Of a stretch of DNA of 61,419 nucleotides, positions 34,860 to 44,115 are shown piece by piece (within the stretch, counting starts at the first letter, position 1; each line of letters opens with the position of its first letter). Position numbers and translations under genes: made by a program. The stretch lies in assembly GCA_964513315.1 (NCBI GenBank), contig CAZEMU010000001.1, positions 38,047 to 99,465 on the forward strand, given 5' to 3'. This DNA comes from an uncultured Acidimicrobiaceae bacterium. GTDB taxonomy: Bacteria > Actinomycetota > Acidimicrobiia > Acidimicrobiales > UBA10347. The notes beneath the pieces are model-generated. The model saw only the letters and a program-made list of their open reading frames with translations, was not told the origin of the DNA and ran no database searches.

Positions 34860-37405
34860 CCCTTGAGACGGGTGTCTTCGGGGTCGAACGCCGAGCCGGT
34901 GGTGGCGACGATCGTGGCGGGGAACATCTCGTTCATGTACATGACCTTGAACGTGTTACCGATCTCGGCCATCTCGACGGGCAGGTAACCCAGGCACAGG
35001 AACTTGCCGTAGCTCGGACCGTTGCCGGCCGTCGTCACGACGCTCACGCGGCCATGGCTGTCGGTGATGCGCTCGCCGTCGTCGGTGAGGATCGGAGCGT
35101 TGCCGCCCTGGATGTAGCGCTTGCGGCCCTGGCTGTCGGTGAGATCCTCGATGGCGAGGGTGCACATGACGGCGGCGGGGCCGGCTTCGCGTGCGGCCAG
35201 GTAGGCCTCCTTGCCGATGAAGTCCGCAGCCTTGACCTTGGGGCGAGCCAGGCCAGCTTCGACCGGGTTGTACTCGGACTCGAGCTCGGCGCCCATCAAG
35301 CGGTAGCCCTTCTCGACGCGACCACCGACGGCGTAGACGCCAGCACCGGTCGGGCGCAAGCCGTGACCTTCGCCGGCAGCGGCGATGGCTTCCCAGACAG
35401 CGGGGCCGTCGGCCCAGGGGATGTAGATCTCCCAGCCGGTGTCGCCGACATAGCTGATGCGGAAGATGTCCGTGCTCACGTCGCCACCTGCGGTGGCGAT
35501 CGTCACCGACCGAACACTGCCATACGGCGAGCCCTCGTGGCTGAGGTCGGCGTCGGTGAGCTGGCCGAGGATCGCCGGAGCGTTGGGGCCCCAGAGACCG
35601 ATGGTGACGTAGTCCTCGGTCGCGTTGTGGAAGGTCACCGAACCGTCGGTCGGCATGTACTTCTTGACCCACGCTTCGTCGCGGCCGCCGTCGAAGGCGC
35701 CGGTCACGACTCGGATGTGATCCTCGCCGAGGCGCAGCATCGTGAGGTCGGAGTGGAAGCCACCGTCTGGCGTGAGCCACGGGGTGTAGGTGCTGGTGCC
35801 GACGGGCTTGTCGACCTTGTTGACCGAGAGGTACTCGGCGAAGGCAACGGCGCCTGGACCGGTGAGGTCGAAGATCTGGAAGGCGGTGAGGTCGATCATG
35901 CCGGCGTTCTCACGCAGGTTGAGGTGCTCGGCGTCGATGATCGGGCTCCACCAGCGGTTGTCCCACTCGACTTCGCGTTCGGTCAGGCCGTACTTCTCAA
36001 CGAGGTCAGCGTTGCTCGTGTACCAGTGCGGGCGCTCCCAGACACGGGCGGTGAAGTACTCGGCGCCAGCGCCATCGGTGAGTGCCTTGAGGCTGGATTC
36101 CTTGAGGCCGCGGCGGCTTTCCCACTGCTCGCTCGGGTGGACGATGCCATAGGTCTTGATGAAGTGCTCGTCGGCGCGGGCCCAGATGTGCTCGTCGCTC
36201 TTCTCGTCGGCGTAGAAGCGGCTGATGTCGCTGGCGTGTGGGTCGATGACTCGGGGGTAGCCGTAGGTCATCCACTCGGCGACGACCTGGGCCATGCCGG
36301 GACCTTCCTTGACCCAGACGGCTGCGGCCGACCACAGGTTGCGGACGTCGGGCAGCTCGCCCAGGCATGGCATTGCGTCGGGGGTGAGCGACAACAGACC
36401 GTTGATGGCGTACTTGATCTCAGCGTCGCCGAGCATGTCCATCAGCTCGATGGCGGTTTCCATCTGCGGGTCGAAGTCGTCCTGGGTGAACGGCATCTCG
36501 GTGGGGGAGAGGGCGGCCTCTTCGTTCGACGGGATCTCGTCGGGGTGGTGCAGGATCGCACGGTGGCCATAGGAGCCGACTTCCATCGAGCCAGCCGACT
36601 GGCGCTCGTAGCAGAAGGTGTCCATGTCACGAACGATCGGGTAGCCGATCTCGTTGTTCGTTTCGACGAGCACGTCCATCGGGCCGACGTCGGCCATCTG
36701 GTGCACGGCGGGGACGAGGGGGATGTAGGTGTCGGCCATGTTGGCGATGCGGTTCGACCAGACGCCGCAGGCGATGACGACGTATTCGGCTTCGATCGTG
36801 CCCTTGTCGGTGACGACGGCCTTGATCTGGCTCATGCCCGGGACGGGATCGTCTTCGGTGATGAGGTCGAGGACCTCGGTGTTGGCGAAGGTCTGGAGGC
36901 CGGCCTTTTCGGCGGCTTCCTTGCGCATCACCGTGCCGGTCTCGAGTGAGTCAACGACCGAAACGGTCGGGCAGTGGAAGCCGCCCATGATGACTTCTTC
37001 GTTGATGAACGGAACGAGTTCCTTGACCTCGGCGGGGGTCAGCATCTTGGCTTCGACGCCCCATGCCATGGCCGAGGTCATGCGGCGCTGGAGTTCGTCC
37101 ATGCGCTCCTGGGTGCGAGCGACTTCGATACCGCCAGAGTCGACCGACATGTTGAGGTCGCGGTACTGGTTGGCGCTCTGGACGCCGAGCAGTGCCATTT
37201 CCTTGTTGTGGTCAACCGGGAAGATGAAGTTCGACGCGTGGCCGGTCGAACCGCCTGGGTTGGGCAGTGGCCCCTTTTCGATGAGGACGATGTCCTCCCA
37301 GCCCAGACGGGCCAGGTGGCCGACGAGACAGTTGCCGACAATGCCGGCACCGATGACGACGACCTTGGCCGACGTGGGGAACGTTCCTGAGTCAGTGGCA
37401 CTCAT
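34856..37405 (-). CDS. FAD-dependent oxidoreductase fused to a GcvT-type folate-binding domain (dimethylglycine/sarcosine dehydrogenase family)
   Basis: N-terminal VVVIGAGIVGN dinucleotide fold and STGHASNF. C-terminal aminomethyltransferase-like domain. Start taken as ATG 37405 (MSATDSG), preceded by GGAGA. Coupled to etfBA. Confidence 0.8.
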   Translation of the reverse strand: MSATDSGTFPTSAKVVVIGAGIVGNCLVGHLARLGWEDIVLIEKGPLPNPGGSTGHASNFIFPVDHNKEMALLGVQSANQYRDLNMSVDSGGIEVARTQERMDELQRRMTSAMAWGVEAKMLTPAEVKELVPFINEEVIMGGFHCPTVSVVDSLETGTVMRKEAAEKAGLQTFANTEVLDLITEDDPVPGMSQIKAVVTDKGTIEAEYVVIACGVWSNRIANMADTYIPLVPAVHQMADVGPMDVLVETNNEIGYPIVRDMDTFCYERQSAGSMEVGSYGHRAILHHPDEIPSNEEAALSPTEMPFTQDDFDPQMETAIELMDMLGDAEIKYAINGLLSLTPDAMPCLGELPDVRNLWSAAAVWVKEGPGMAQVVAEWMTYGYPRVIDPHASDISRFYADEKSDEHIWARADEHFIKTYGIVHPSEQWESRRGLKESSLKALTDGAGAEYFTARVWERPHWYTSNADLVEKYGLTEREVEWDNRWWSPIIDAEHLNLRENAGMIDLTAFQIFDLTGPGAVAFAEYLSVNKVDKPVGTSTYTPWLTPDGGFHSDLTMLRLGEDHIRVVTGAFDGGRDEAWVKKYMPTDGSVTFHNATEDYVTIGLWGPNAPAILGQLTDADLSHEGSPYGSVRSVTIATAGGDVSTDIFRISYVGDTGWEIYIPWADGPAVWEAIAAAGEGHGLRPTGAGVYAVGGRVEKGYRLMGAELESEYNPVEAGLARPKVKAADFIGKEAYLAAREAGPAAVMCTLAIEDLTDSQGRKRYIQGGNAPILTDDGERITDSHGRVSVVTTAGNGPSYGKFLCLGYLPVEMAEIGNTFKVMYMNEMFPATIVATTGSAFDPEDTRLKG

Positions 37406-37462
37406 GGGGCTATCTCCGAGGTGTTGCGGATTGCGCAGCCGATGGTTGCGCTTGTGATCGAC

Positions 37463-37478
37463 GAGTGATATATCACTC
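37463..37478. promoter_or_regulatory. Perfect 16-bp palindrome GAGTGATATATCACTC; candidate GntR operator in the divergent promoter region
   Basis: Read directly from the sequence. It is an AT-rich island in the 37406-37566 intergenic region and has a GT..AC core of the kind typical for GntR/FadR-type operators. Confidence 0.5.
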
Positions 37479-37566
37479 ATGTATCAGAGGAGCCTACGCT
37501 CCGACCCGGGCACCGGGCAACCCCCAATTTCTCCCAATTTCTTTCGAACGGCGAACCACACCAGCG

Positions 37567-38217
37567 ATGTCTGAATCACTGAGCGAGCAGGCCTACGACC
37601 AGTTGCGCGAGAAGATCGTGCGGCTCGAGTTCGCGCCGGGTGCTGTGCTGCGCGAAGACGCGCTGCGCGACGAGCTCGGCATCGGCCGCACGCCTATCCG
37701 CGAGGCACTGCAGCGACTTGAGCGGGATCACTTCGTGACCGTCGTGCCTCGCCAGGGCATCTTCGTGACCGGCATCGACGTTGACGAGCTCGCCATGCTG
37801 TTCGAGACCCGACTGGTGCTTGAGCCATACGCCGCTCGACTGGCTGCGCTGCGCGGACAGCCGAGCCAGTGGGATGCGATGGAAGCAGCACTGGCTCGAA
37901 CCGCCGACGCGGTTGATGGCAACGAGTTGTTGGCGATCGACCGCCAATGCCATGAGCTCATGTGGCAAGCCGCAGGGAACCGGTTCCTACTCGACACGCT
38001 CGACATGCTCTACGCCCAGAGCGACCGGCTCTGGCACCAGTACCTGTCTGATGTCGCTGAGCCTGAACACGCCGTCGACGAGCACGTCGCGATCCTCGAC
38101 GCGCTTCGCAGCGGCAGCGCAGACCGCGCCGCCAAGCTCGTCGACGAACACGTCGCTGTGTTCGATGCCGAGATTCGCGCCGCAGTCACGGCGCGACTCA
38201 CCGCACCGCTTGGCTAG
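37567..38217 (+). CDS. GntR family transcriptional regulator (FCD/FadR-type C-terminal domain)
   Basis: 216 aa from ATG 37567. wHTH region LREDALRDELGIGRTPIREALQRLERDHFV, and a helical FCD-like C-terminus with His residues. Confidence 0.8.
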   Translation: MSESLSEQAYDQLREKIVRLEFAPGAVLREDALRDELGIGRTPIREALQRLERDHFVTVVPRQGIFVTGIDVDELAMLFETRLVLEPYAARLAALRGQPSQWDAMEAALARTADAVDGNELLAIDRQCHELMWQAAGNRFLLDTLDMLYAQSDRLWHQYLSDVAEPEHAVDEHVAILDALRSGSADRAAKLVDEHVAVFDAEIRAAVTARLTAPLG

Positions 38218-38235
38218 AGGTTGCAGCTAAACCGC

Positions 38236-38250
38236 CCGCTCAGCGAGCGG
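38236..38250. terminator. Short GC hairpin (CCGCTC-AGC-GAGCGG) between convergent genes; weak bidirectional terminator candidate
   Basis: 6-bp stem and 3-nt loop, read directly from the sequence. No U-tract. Confidence 0.25.
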
Positions 38251-38256
38251 CCTGGG

Positions 38257-39186
38257 TTAGCGGATGCGGCGGCGTCCGCTGACGACGAAGCTGCCGCCGA
38301 GTGCGAAGAGGCCAACGGCAACCGCAAAGGCTGCTTCGCTGGATGAACCCGTCACGGCGAGTCCGGCCGAGGCGTCGCCGCCACCGGTGCCGCCGGTTTG
38401 GCCGCCTGCAGCAGGAACCACGGTGCTCGCTTCGCCGGCCGTGGCGATGATGCCGAAGCCAAAGGCGCCGTCGACATCAACGCTCGGCGCGTTGGCGAAG
38501 TCGCCAGGCAACTCAAGCCGCTCGGCCGTCGGTTCTTCGGCGGCGGGGGACACGGTTGGGGTCGGAGCCGGCTCGGGGGCGACAACGGGGTCCACAGCGA
38601 TGGGCAGCATCACGCGGTTCACGAAGTGGAGCACGCCGTTGCACACAACGATGTCTTGACCAACGATGGTTGCGTCCGTGATCGCCGGAGCGTTGTCGAC
38701 GAGCGTGAAGCCGCTCACCGTAAGGGTCCCGCCCTGAAGCGTCGTCAACGTGGTCGCAGCGGTTACCTGGGCTGCGGTCTGGGTGGTGTCCAGCACGTGG
38801 TACTTGAGGATCGCGTCGAGCGTCGGGATGGGATCGCCACCGCCGAGATCGGTGAGCACAGCGACGATTGCGGTGAATGCGCCGGCTTCGTCGGAGCCGT
38901 CGTAGCCGAGGTCCTGGGCGAGGGCAACGAATGCGGCATCGTTCGGAGCGAAGACCGTGAAGCTGCCGTCACCGTCGAGAATGCTCGTGAGGCCGGCGGC
39001 GTTGAGCGCCTGGGTCAGCAGTTCGAAGTCGGAGGAGGCTCCGGCGACGTCGACGGCTGACTGGGCTCCAGCTGCGCTGCAATCAGCGGCTTGCGCAGAT
39101 GCAGGGCTCGATGCCGAGAAGCCAGCAATGGTTGCCACGAGGGCGAGAAGAGTTGCGGCGAACGCAACACGAATCAAACGGCTCAT
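38257..39186 (-). CDS. Secreted fasciclin (FAS1) domain protein with an LAVTG wall-sorting signal
   Basis: 309 aa. Signal peptide; FAS1 motifs (FTVFAPNDAAF, ILKYHV, NGVLHFVNRVMLP); C-terminal LAVTG (38347-38361), hydrophobic helix, then RRRIR. Confidence 0.8.
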   Translation of the reverse strand: MSRLIRVAFAATLLALVATIAGFSASSPASAQAADCSAAGAQSAVDVAGASSDFELLTQALNAAGLTSILDGDGSFTVFAPNDAAFVALAQDLGYDGSDEAGAFTAIVAVLTDLGGGDPIPTLDAILKYHVLDTTQTAAQVTAATTLTTLQGGTLTVSGFTLVDNAPAITDATIVGQDIVVCNGVLHFVNRVMLPIAVDPVVAPEPAPTPTVSPAAEEPTAERLELPGDFANAPSVDVDGAFGFGIIATAGEASTVVPAAGGQTGGTGGGDASAGLAVTGSSSEAAFAVAVGLFALGGSFVVSGRRRIR

Positions 39187-39275
39187 TGTCTACTCCCAAA
39201 CATGAACGCTGTGAACGCGACACTCTAGGCAGATTAAGCGGCCAATGGTTCATCGAATCCCAAACGTGTTGGTTG

Positions 39276-39713
39276 ATGCGTGCGCAGCATGGCAGCGTCA
39301 CCCATTCCCTGAGACGTTCTACGATCCTGGGCGTGTCCGAAGAACGCTGTCCCTGCGGTCGAGTTCGCTTCTACGAAGCCTGCTGCGGTCGTGTGCATGA
39401 GAAGGGTGCGGGCGTCGGTGTCACGGCCGAGGATCTGATGCGCGCTCGCTACAGCGCGTACGTGCTCGGCGACACGGGCTTCTTGCTGCGGTCGTGGCAT
39501 CCCGATGTGCGTCCGACGACGGTCAGCTTCGATCCCGATCTTGAATGGCTCGGTCTCGACGTGGAACGCACCGAAGACGGTGGCGGTTTTGACACTGAAG
39601 GTGTCGTCGAGTTTCGGGCCCGGTTCCGTCGAGGCGACGATCACCTTGAGCTGCACGAGGTGAGCACGTTCACCCGCGTCGACGGGTTGTGGGTCTACGT
39701 CGCGGGCGACTAG
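39276..39713 (+). CDS. YchJ-family (UPF0225, SEC-C motif) protein
   Basis: CPCGRVRFYEACCG metal-binding motif and RARYSAYV. The start is ambiguous: ATG 39276 or GTG 39333. Confidence 0.6.
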   Translation: MRAQHGSVTHSLRRSTILGVSEERCPCGRVRFYEACCGRVHEKGAGVGVTAEDLMRARYSAYVLGDTGFLLRSWHPDVRPTTVSFDPDLEWLGLDVERTEDGGGFDTEGVVEFRARFRRGDDHLELHEVSTFTRVDGLWVYVAGD

Positions 39714-39752
39714 CCGAAGTCGGTGCCCAAGCAAGGGGGCCGCAAGTGCGAA

Positions 39753-40334
39753 TCAGGTTCCTTGCTGGGGAGGGCAGAGGATGATGTCTTCGCACCGTCG
39801 CAGGCCGATTTCGAGATCGCCGGCGTTGCGGTAGCGGGCCCAGTTGAGCCAGATGCCGTTCGTAAGCGCGATCGCGTCGACGCTGCGGCTCCGAACTTCG
39901 ACCTCGTCGAGTTCGGGGCGGGCAGTCGTGATCAGTCCGCGCAGAGCGGTTGCGTACTCTTCGAAGAAGCGAGCGTCGACCGCAGCGATCGCGGGGTCGG
40001 TCAGCGCGACGGCCCACAACGAGATGCGGAGCCGCAGGTAGTCGCCGTCGAGAAACTCTTCGTCGAACGAGCTGCGCAAGAAGGCCCGTACGCGCTCTTC
40101 GGGATCGTCGACATGTTCGATCGATTGCTCCGACGCTTCGCGGAGGCGTGCAGTCGCTCGTTCGAACGCGGCCACGATCAAGGTCTCTTTGTCGTCGAAG
40201 TGATAGCTGATCAGGCCGAGGCTGACGTCGGCCTCTTCGGCTACCTGGCGCATCGATGCGCCGCGCACGCCGTCTCGCACGATCACGGCCTGCACCGCGT
40301 CGAGGATGGTCTGCTGGGTTTCGCCGCCGCTCAT
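39753..40334 (-). CDS. TetR family transcriptional regulator
   Basis: 193 aa. N-terminal HTH (GVRGASMRQVAEEADVSLGLISYHF). Divergent from the 40435 operon. Confidence 0.85.
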   Translation of the reverse strand: MSGGETQQTILDAVQAVIVRDGVRGASMRQVAEEADVSLGLISYHFDDKETLIVAAFERATARLREASEQSIEHVDDPEERVRAFLRSSFDEEFLDGDYLRLRISLWAVALTDPAIAAVDARFFEEYATALRGLITTARPELDEVEVRSRSVDAIALTNGIWLNWARYRNAGDLEIGLRRCEDIILCPPQQGT

Positions 40335-40390
40335 CTGGATCCGACCGTAGTCGGCGCCGGTTCGAGCTCCAGCATGGCTGCTTCGGCCGC

Positions 40391-40422
40391 GTTCACAACT
40401 GAACGATCGTTCAGTTGTGAAC
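40391..40422. promoter_or_regulatory. Perfect 32-bp palindrome GTTCACAACTGAACGA|TCGTTCAGTTGTGAAC; very likely the TetR operator
   Basis: Both arms were checked base by base. It ends 12 nt upstream of the ATG at 40435, inside the 100-bp TetR/operon intergenic region. Confidence 0.7.
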
Positions 40423-40434
40423 TAGCATGTCGCC

Positions 40435-41292
40435 ATGCAGGCACTCGAGGCGCTCGAGGCGGTTGTCGACCTCGACGCCTATCCGATCCACCGACTCGAA
40501 TCGCCCGCTCGCCAGGAGCTGGTCGCAGAGACACGAGCCCAGATGGACAGTGTCGGCTGTTGCCGGCTGAGCGACTTCGTTCGTCCTGAAGCGATCGAGC
40601 AGATGTTGGCCGAAGTCAAAGAGCTCCATGCGCAAGCCTTCTGGGCGCAGCAGACGCATAACCCGTATGCGTCGCCGCCTGATCCTGACCTGCCCGAGTC
40701 GCATCCGCGCAACGTGATGCAGCATCGCATGAGCGGCTTCATCAACAGCGATATCTTGCCGGCCACCTCGCTGTTGAACCAGGTCTACGACAGCAATGTG
40801 ATGACCCACTTCGTGTGGGACTCGCTCGGCACCGACCGCCCGATCTATCAGTGGGCGGATCCGCTCGGCCGAAACCCGTACGGGGTAATGGAGACCGACC
40901 ACTACTTCCCGTGGCACTTCGACGGGAACGAGTTCACCGTCTCGATCCTCGTCCAGAAGGCCGACGAAGGCGGCGTGTTCGAATACGTGCCCGACATCCG
41001 CGAACCGAACAACGAGAACTACGAACACGTGCAGCACATCCTCGAAGGCGGCCGCGACGGTGTCCGCGAGCTCGACCTGGTGCCCGGTGACCTGCAGCTG
41101 TTCAAGGGCCGCTTCTCGATGCATCGCGTGACCAAGATCGTCGGGCCGAACACCCGCTACATCGCGCTACCGACCTACGTCTATGACCCCTGGCGCATGA
41201 ACAAGCCGCACCACTCCGAGCAGTACTACGGCCGAGCGACCGAGGCCCACCATGCGCGTGCCGCCGCCATGGTCGACGGCCTCGTCGACTGA
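40435..41292 (+). CDS. Fe(II)/2-oxoglutarate-dependent oxygenase (HalD/BesD-like family by resemblance; HxD triad, so hydroxylase-type)
   Basis: 285 aa. WHFDGNEF (His-x-Asp) and a distal FSMHRV His. The family assignment is from memory of similar proteins annotated 'arpA protein' and is not verified. Confidence 0.5.
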   Translation: MQALEALEAVVDLDAYPIHRLESPARQELVAETRAQMDSVGCCRLSDFVRPEAIEQMLAEVKELHAQAFWAQQTHNPYASPPDPDLPESHPRNVMQHRMSGFINSDILPATSLLNQVYDSNVMTHFVWDSLGTDRPIYQWADPLGRNPYGVMETDHYFPWHFDGNEFTVSILVQKADEGGVFEYVPDIREPNNENYEHVQHILEGGRDGVRELDLVPGDLQLFKGRFSMHRVTKIVGPNTRYIALPTYVYDPWRMNKPHHSEQYYGRATEAHHARAAAMVDGLVD

Positions 41293-41298
41293 CCACTC

Positions 41299-42201
41299 GT
41301 GTCTCGTTCGCTCGCGGTCATTGGACTCGGCAACATCGGCGGCGGCGTCGCCCGCAACCTGGTCGCCGCTGGTCACCAAGTCACCGTCGTTGATCTCGAT
41401 GCCGACAAGGTCGCGACGCTGGTCGCGCTCGGCGCGTCCGCAGCGGCTTCGCCAGCCGAGGCTGCTGCGTCGGTCGATGTGGTGTTCACGTCGCTGCCCG
41501 GACCAACGCAGATCGCAGCCGTCGGCGCCGACATCGTTCCCGCCATGCGACCCGGCACGATCTGGGTCGAGATGTCGACGAACGACCTCGACACGGCTCG
41601 ATCGCTTGGCGACCAGTGCGCAACCGTCGGGGTCCGCCTCATCGATGCGCCGGTCTCGGGCGGCCCCGAGGGCGCTGCTGCCGGCACGCTTTCGATCTTC
41701 GTCGGCGGCGATGACGATGCGGTCGCCGACGTGTTGCCGCTGCTCCACGACATCGGATCCAAAGTCGATCACCTCGGGCCGACCGGTGCCGGCATCGTCG
41801 CCAAAATCGCCCAAGTCACGCTCTGCTACACCCAGACCGTCACCTTGATCGAAGCGCTTCTGCTCGGGGTCAAGGGCGGCGTCGCTCCCCACAAGATGCT
41901 CGACCTCATCCAGAACTCGGCCGGCACGAGCTACTGCGCAACCACGTACGGTCCCGAAATTCTCGCCGGCACCTACGACGCCAGCTTTCCGCTAAGCCAT
42001 GCAGCAAAGGACATGCGTCTGGCGATGGAGATGGCCGACACGATGGGTGTCGAGCTGCCGTTCACTCGCGATGTCGCGGCCCTTTACGCTGAGGCCGAAG
42101 CGACCTTCGGGTCCGACGCCGCGCACTGCCTGGCTGCCCAACTGATCGAACGCAAGAACCACCTGCTCCTGCACGAGCACAAACAAGGGGATCGAACATG
42201 A
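41299..42201 (+). CDS. NAD(P)-dependent dehydrogenase of the 3-hydroxyisobutyrate / 6-phosphogluconate dehydrogenase family
   Basis: 300 aa. VIGLGNIGGGVARNL Rossmann motif and DAPVSGG motif. GTG start. Confidence 0.75.
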   Translation: MSRSLAVIGLGNIGGGVARNLVAAGHQVTVVDLDADKVATLVALGASAAASPAEAAASVDVVFTSLPGPTQIAAVGADIVPAMRPGTIWVEMSTNDLDTARSLGDQCATVGVRLIDAPVSGGPEGAAAGTLSIFVGGDDDAVADVLPLLHDIGSKVDHLGPTGAGIVAKIAQVTLCYTQTVTLIEALLLGVKGGVAPHKMLDLIQNSAGTSYCATTYGPEILAGTYDASFPLSHAAKDMRLAMEMADTMGVELPFTRDVAALYAEAEATFGSDAAHCLAAQLIERKNHLLLHEHKQGDRT

Positions 42202-43019
42202 GCCAGTCCGCAGACCAGCCTGAGTCAAGCGAAGCTGCGAGTGCGCACCAGAACCGCGAGGTCGTCGCCGATGATTTCGAGGCCGCGAATGCAGGGAGCT
42301 TCACGGGTGAGGAATGGGAAGCACGCCAGGACCTCGCCGCTATGTATCGGCTGTCGGCCCACTACGGCTACGACGACACCGTCTGGAACCACATCACGAT
42401 GCGGGTGCCCGGCAGCGACCACGACTTCTTCCTCAACAAGTTTGGGCTGCTCTACAACGAGGTCACAGCCTCGAACCTGATCAAGGTCGACAGCGATGGC
42501 ACGGTGCTCGAAGGCCCTGCCGACGTGAACACCGCTGGCTTCGTGATCCACTCGGCGATCCACAACGACTTCCCCGAGTGGAAGGTCGTGTTCCACGCGC
42601 ACGTGCCCGACGCGCTCGCCGTCACGGCACTCAAGGACGGCTTCCAGCACATCGTCCAAGACACCTCGATGCTCTACGGCGAGATTGGCTACCACGACTG
42701 GGAAGGCCTCTCGCTCACCCTCGAAGAGCGCGAACGCCTGGCCAAGAACATGGACGGCAACCGTGCGCTCATCATGCGCAACCACGGCTTCTTGACCGTC
42801 GGACGCACTGCGGGCGAAGCGTTCATGGTCATGCACTATCTGATCCGCGGCTGCCGAGCGATGCTCGCTGCCTATGGGACCGGCCTCGAAGTCGATCCTG
42901 GGCCACGCGATATCTGGGAGCTGTCGAAGCGACAGTATGACCACTTCCCGTTAGGCGAGAATGAGTGGCCGGCGCTGCGCCGCATGCTGGATCAGATCGA
43001 CCCGTCCTACAAGCACTAG
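42198..43019 (+). CDS. Class II aldolase/adducin family protein
   Basis: 273 aa. Metal-binding His pattern (HSAIH...FHAH). ATGA overlap with the upstream gene. Confidence 0.7.
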   Translation: MSQSADQPESSEAASAHQNREVVADDFEAANAGSFTGEEWEARQDLAAMYRLSAHYGYDDTVWNHITMRVPGSDHDFFLNKFGLLYNEVTASNLIKVDSDGTVLEGPADVNTAGFVIHSAIHNDFPEWKVVFHAHVPDALAVTALKDGFQHIVQDTSMLYGEIGYHDWEGLSLTLEERERLAKNMDGNRALIMRNHGFLTVGRTAGEAFMVMHYLIRGCRAMLAAYGTGLEVDPGPRDIWELSKRQYDHFPLGENEWPALRRMLDQIDPSYKH

Positions 43020-43048
43020 CTGGCACCCCACCCCTGCCCGGAGGGCGC

Positions 43049-44110
43049 ATGAGCACCGTTGCATCGATCTCCACTCGCATCGTCGAGGTTGACCTGGCCA
43101 AGCCGGTCGGCACCGCGATCCATGCCATGAGCTCGGTCGGTTGCGTGCTGGTGCAAGTGCGAACGAGTGACGGTGTCGTCGGCCAGGGCTACGTTTTTGC
43201 CCTCAACGGTGATCGGGTGAAGTCACTCGATGAGCAAATTGTCGGACTCGCCGAGCAGGTCCGCGGTCGTTCGATTTTCGAAACCGAGGGCATCTGGCAC
43301 GACCTGTGGGGCCGCATCAATGCGATGGGTCACAAGGGCGTGACCATCTCCGCGATGTCGGCGATCGATGTGGCTCTTTGGGATGCCGTTGGTCGAACCC
43401 TCGGCCAACCCCTGCATCGGCTATGGGGCTCGTGCCGTGACGACGTGGCGACGTACGCAACATCAGGCCTGTGGCTGTCCCAGTCGATCGACGAACTCGT
43501 CGCGCAAGCGGCTGCGTTTGTCGAGCAGGGCTTCGTATCGATGAAGATCCGCCTCGGAAGCATCAAGCCCGCGTCCGACGTCGCTCGAGTCGCCGCCGTT
43601 CGCGACGCCATCGGTCCCGACATCGAACTGCTCAGCGACGTCAACCAGGGTCTGACCCCCAAAGCTGCGATCAAACTCGGGCGCATGCTCGAGCCGTACG
43701 ACCTCGGGTGGATCGAAGAACCAGTATCGGCCTACGACCTCGACGGGCATGCGCAGGTGCGATCCGCACTGGATACGCCAATCGCGTCGGGCGAGACCGA
43801 GTACACCCGCCACGGGATGCAGGCCATGCTTCGAGCGGGCGCCTGCGACGTGCTGATGCCGGATCTGCAACGAATCGGTGGTTACAGCGAGTTCCGCAAG
43901 GCCGACGCCGTTGCGTCGGCGTGGAACATCCCGACGTCGAGCCACTTCTTCACCGAGCACAGCCTGTGCCTGGCCGGCTCGCTCGCGAACCTGATCTCAG
44001 TCGAGCACTGCGACTGGTTCGCTCCGCTGTTCAACGAAGACATGGAGTTACGCAACGGGCGCCTTGTCGTGCCGGATCGTCCCGGCACCGGGTTCACCTT
44101 CGCTCGCTAG
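43049..44110 (+). CDS. Enolase-superfamily enzyme (mandelate racemase/muconate lactonizing enzyme family)
   Basis: 353 aa from ATG 43049 (GGAGGG upstream). Motifs MKIRLG, SDVNQG, WIEEP, SGETEY and SSHFF correspond to the metal ligands and acid/base residues. Confidence 0.75.
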   Translation: MSTVASISTRIVEVDLAKPVGTAIHAMSSVGCVLVQVRTSDGVVGQGYVFALNGDRVKSLDEQIVGLAEQVRGRSIFETEGIWHDLWGRINAMGHKGVTISAMSAIDVALWDAVGRTLGQPLHRLWGSCRDDVATYATSGLWLSQSIDELVAQAAAFVEQGFVSMKIRLGSIKPASDVARVAAVRDAIGPDIELLSDVNQGLTPKAAIKLGRMLEPYDLGWIEEPVSAYDLDGHAQVRSALDTPIASGETEYTRHGMQAMLRAGACDVLMPDLQRIGGYSEFRKADAVASAWNIPTSSHFFTEHSLCLAGSLANLISVEHCDWFAPLFNEDMELRNGRLVVPDRPGTGFTFAR

Positions 44111-44115
44111 CGAGT

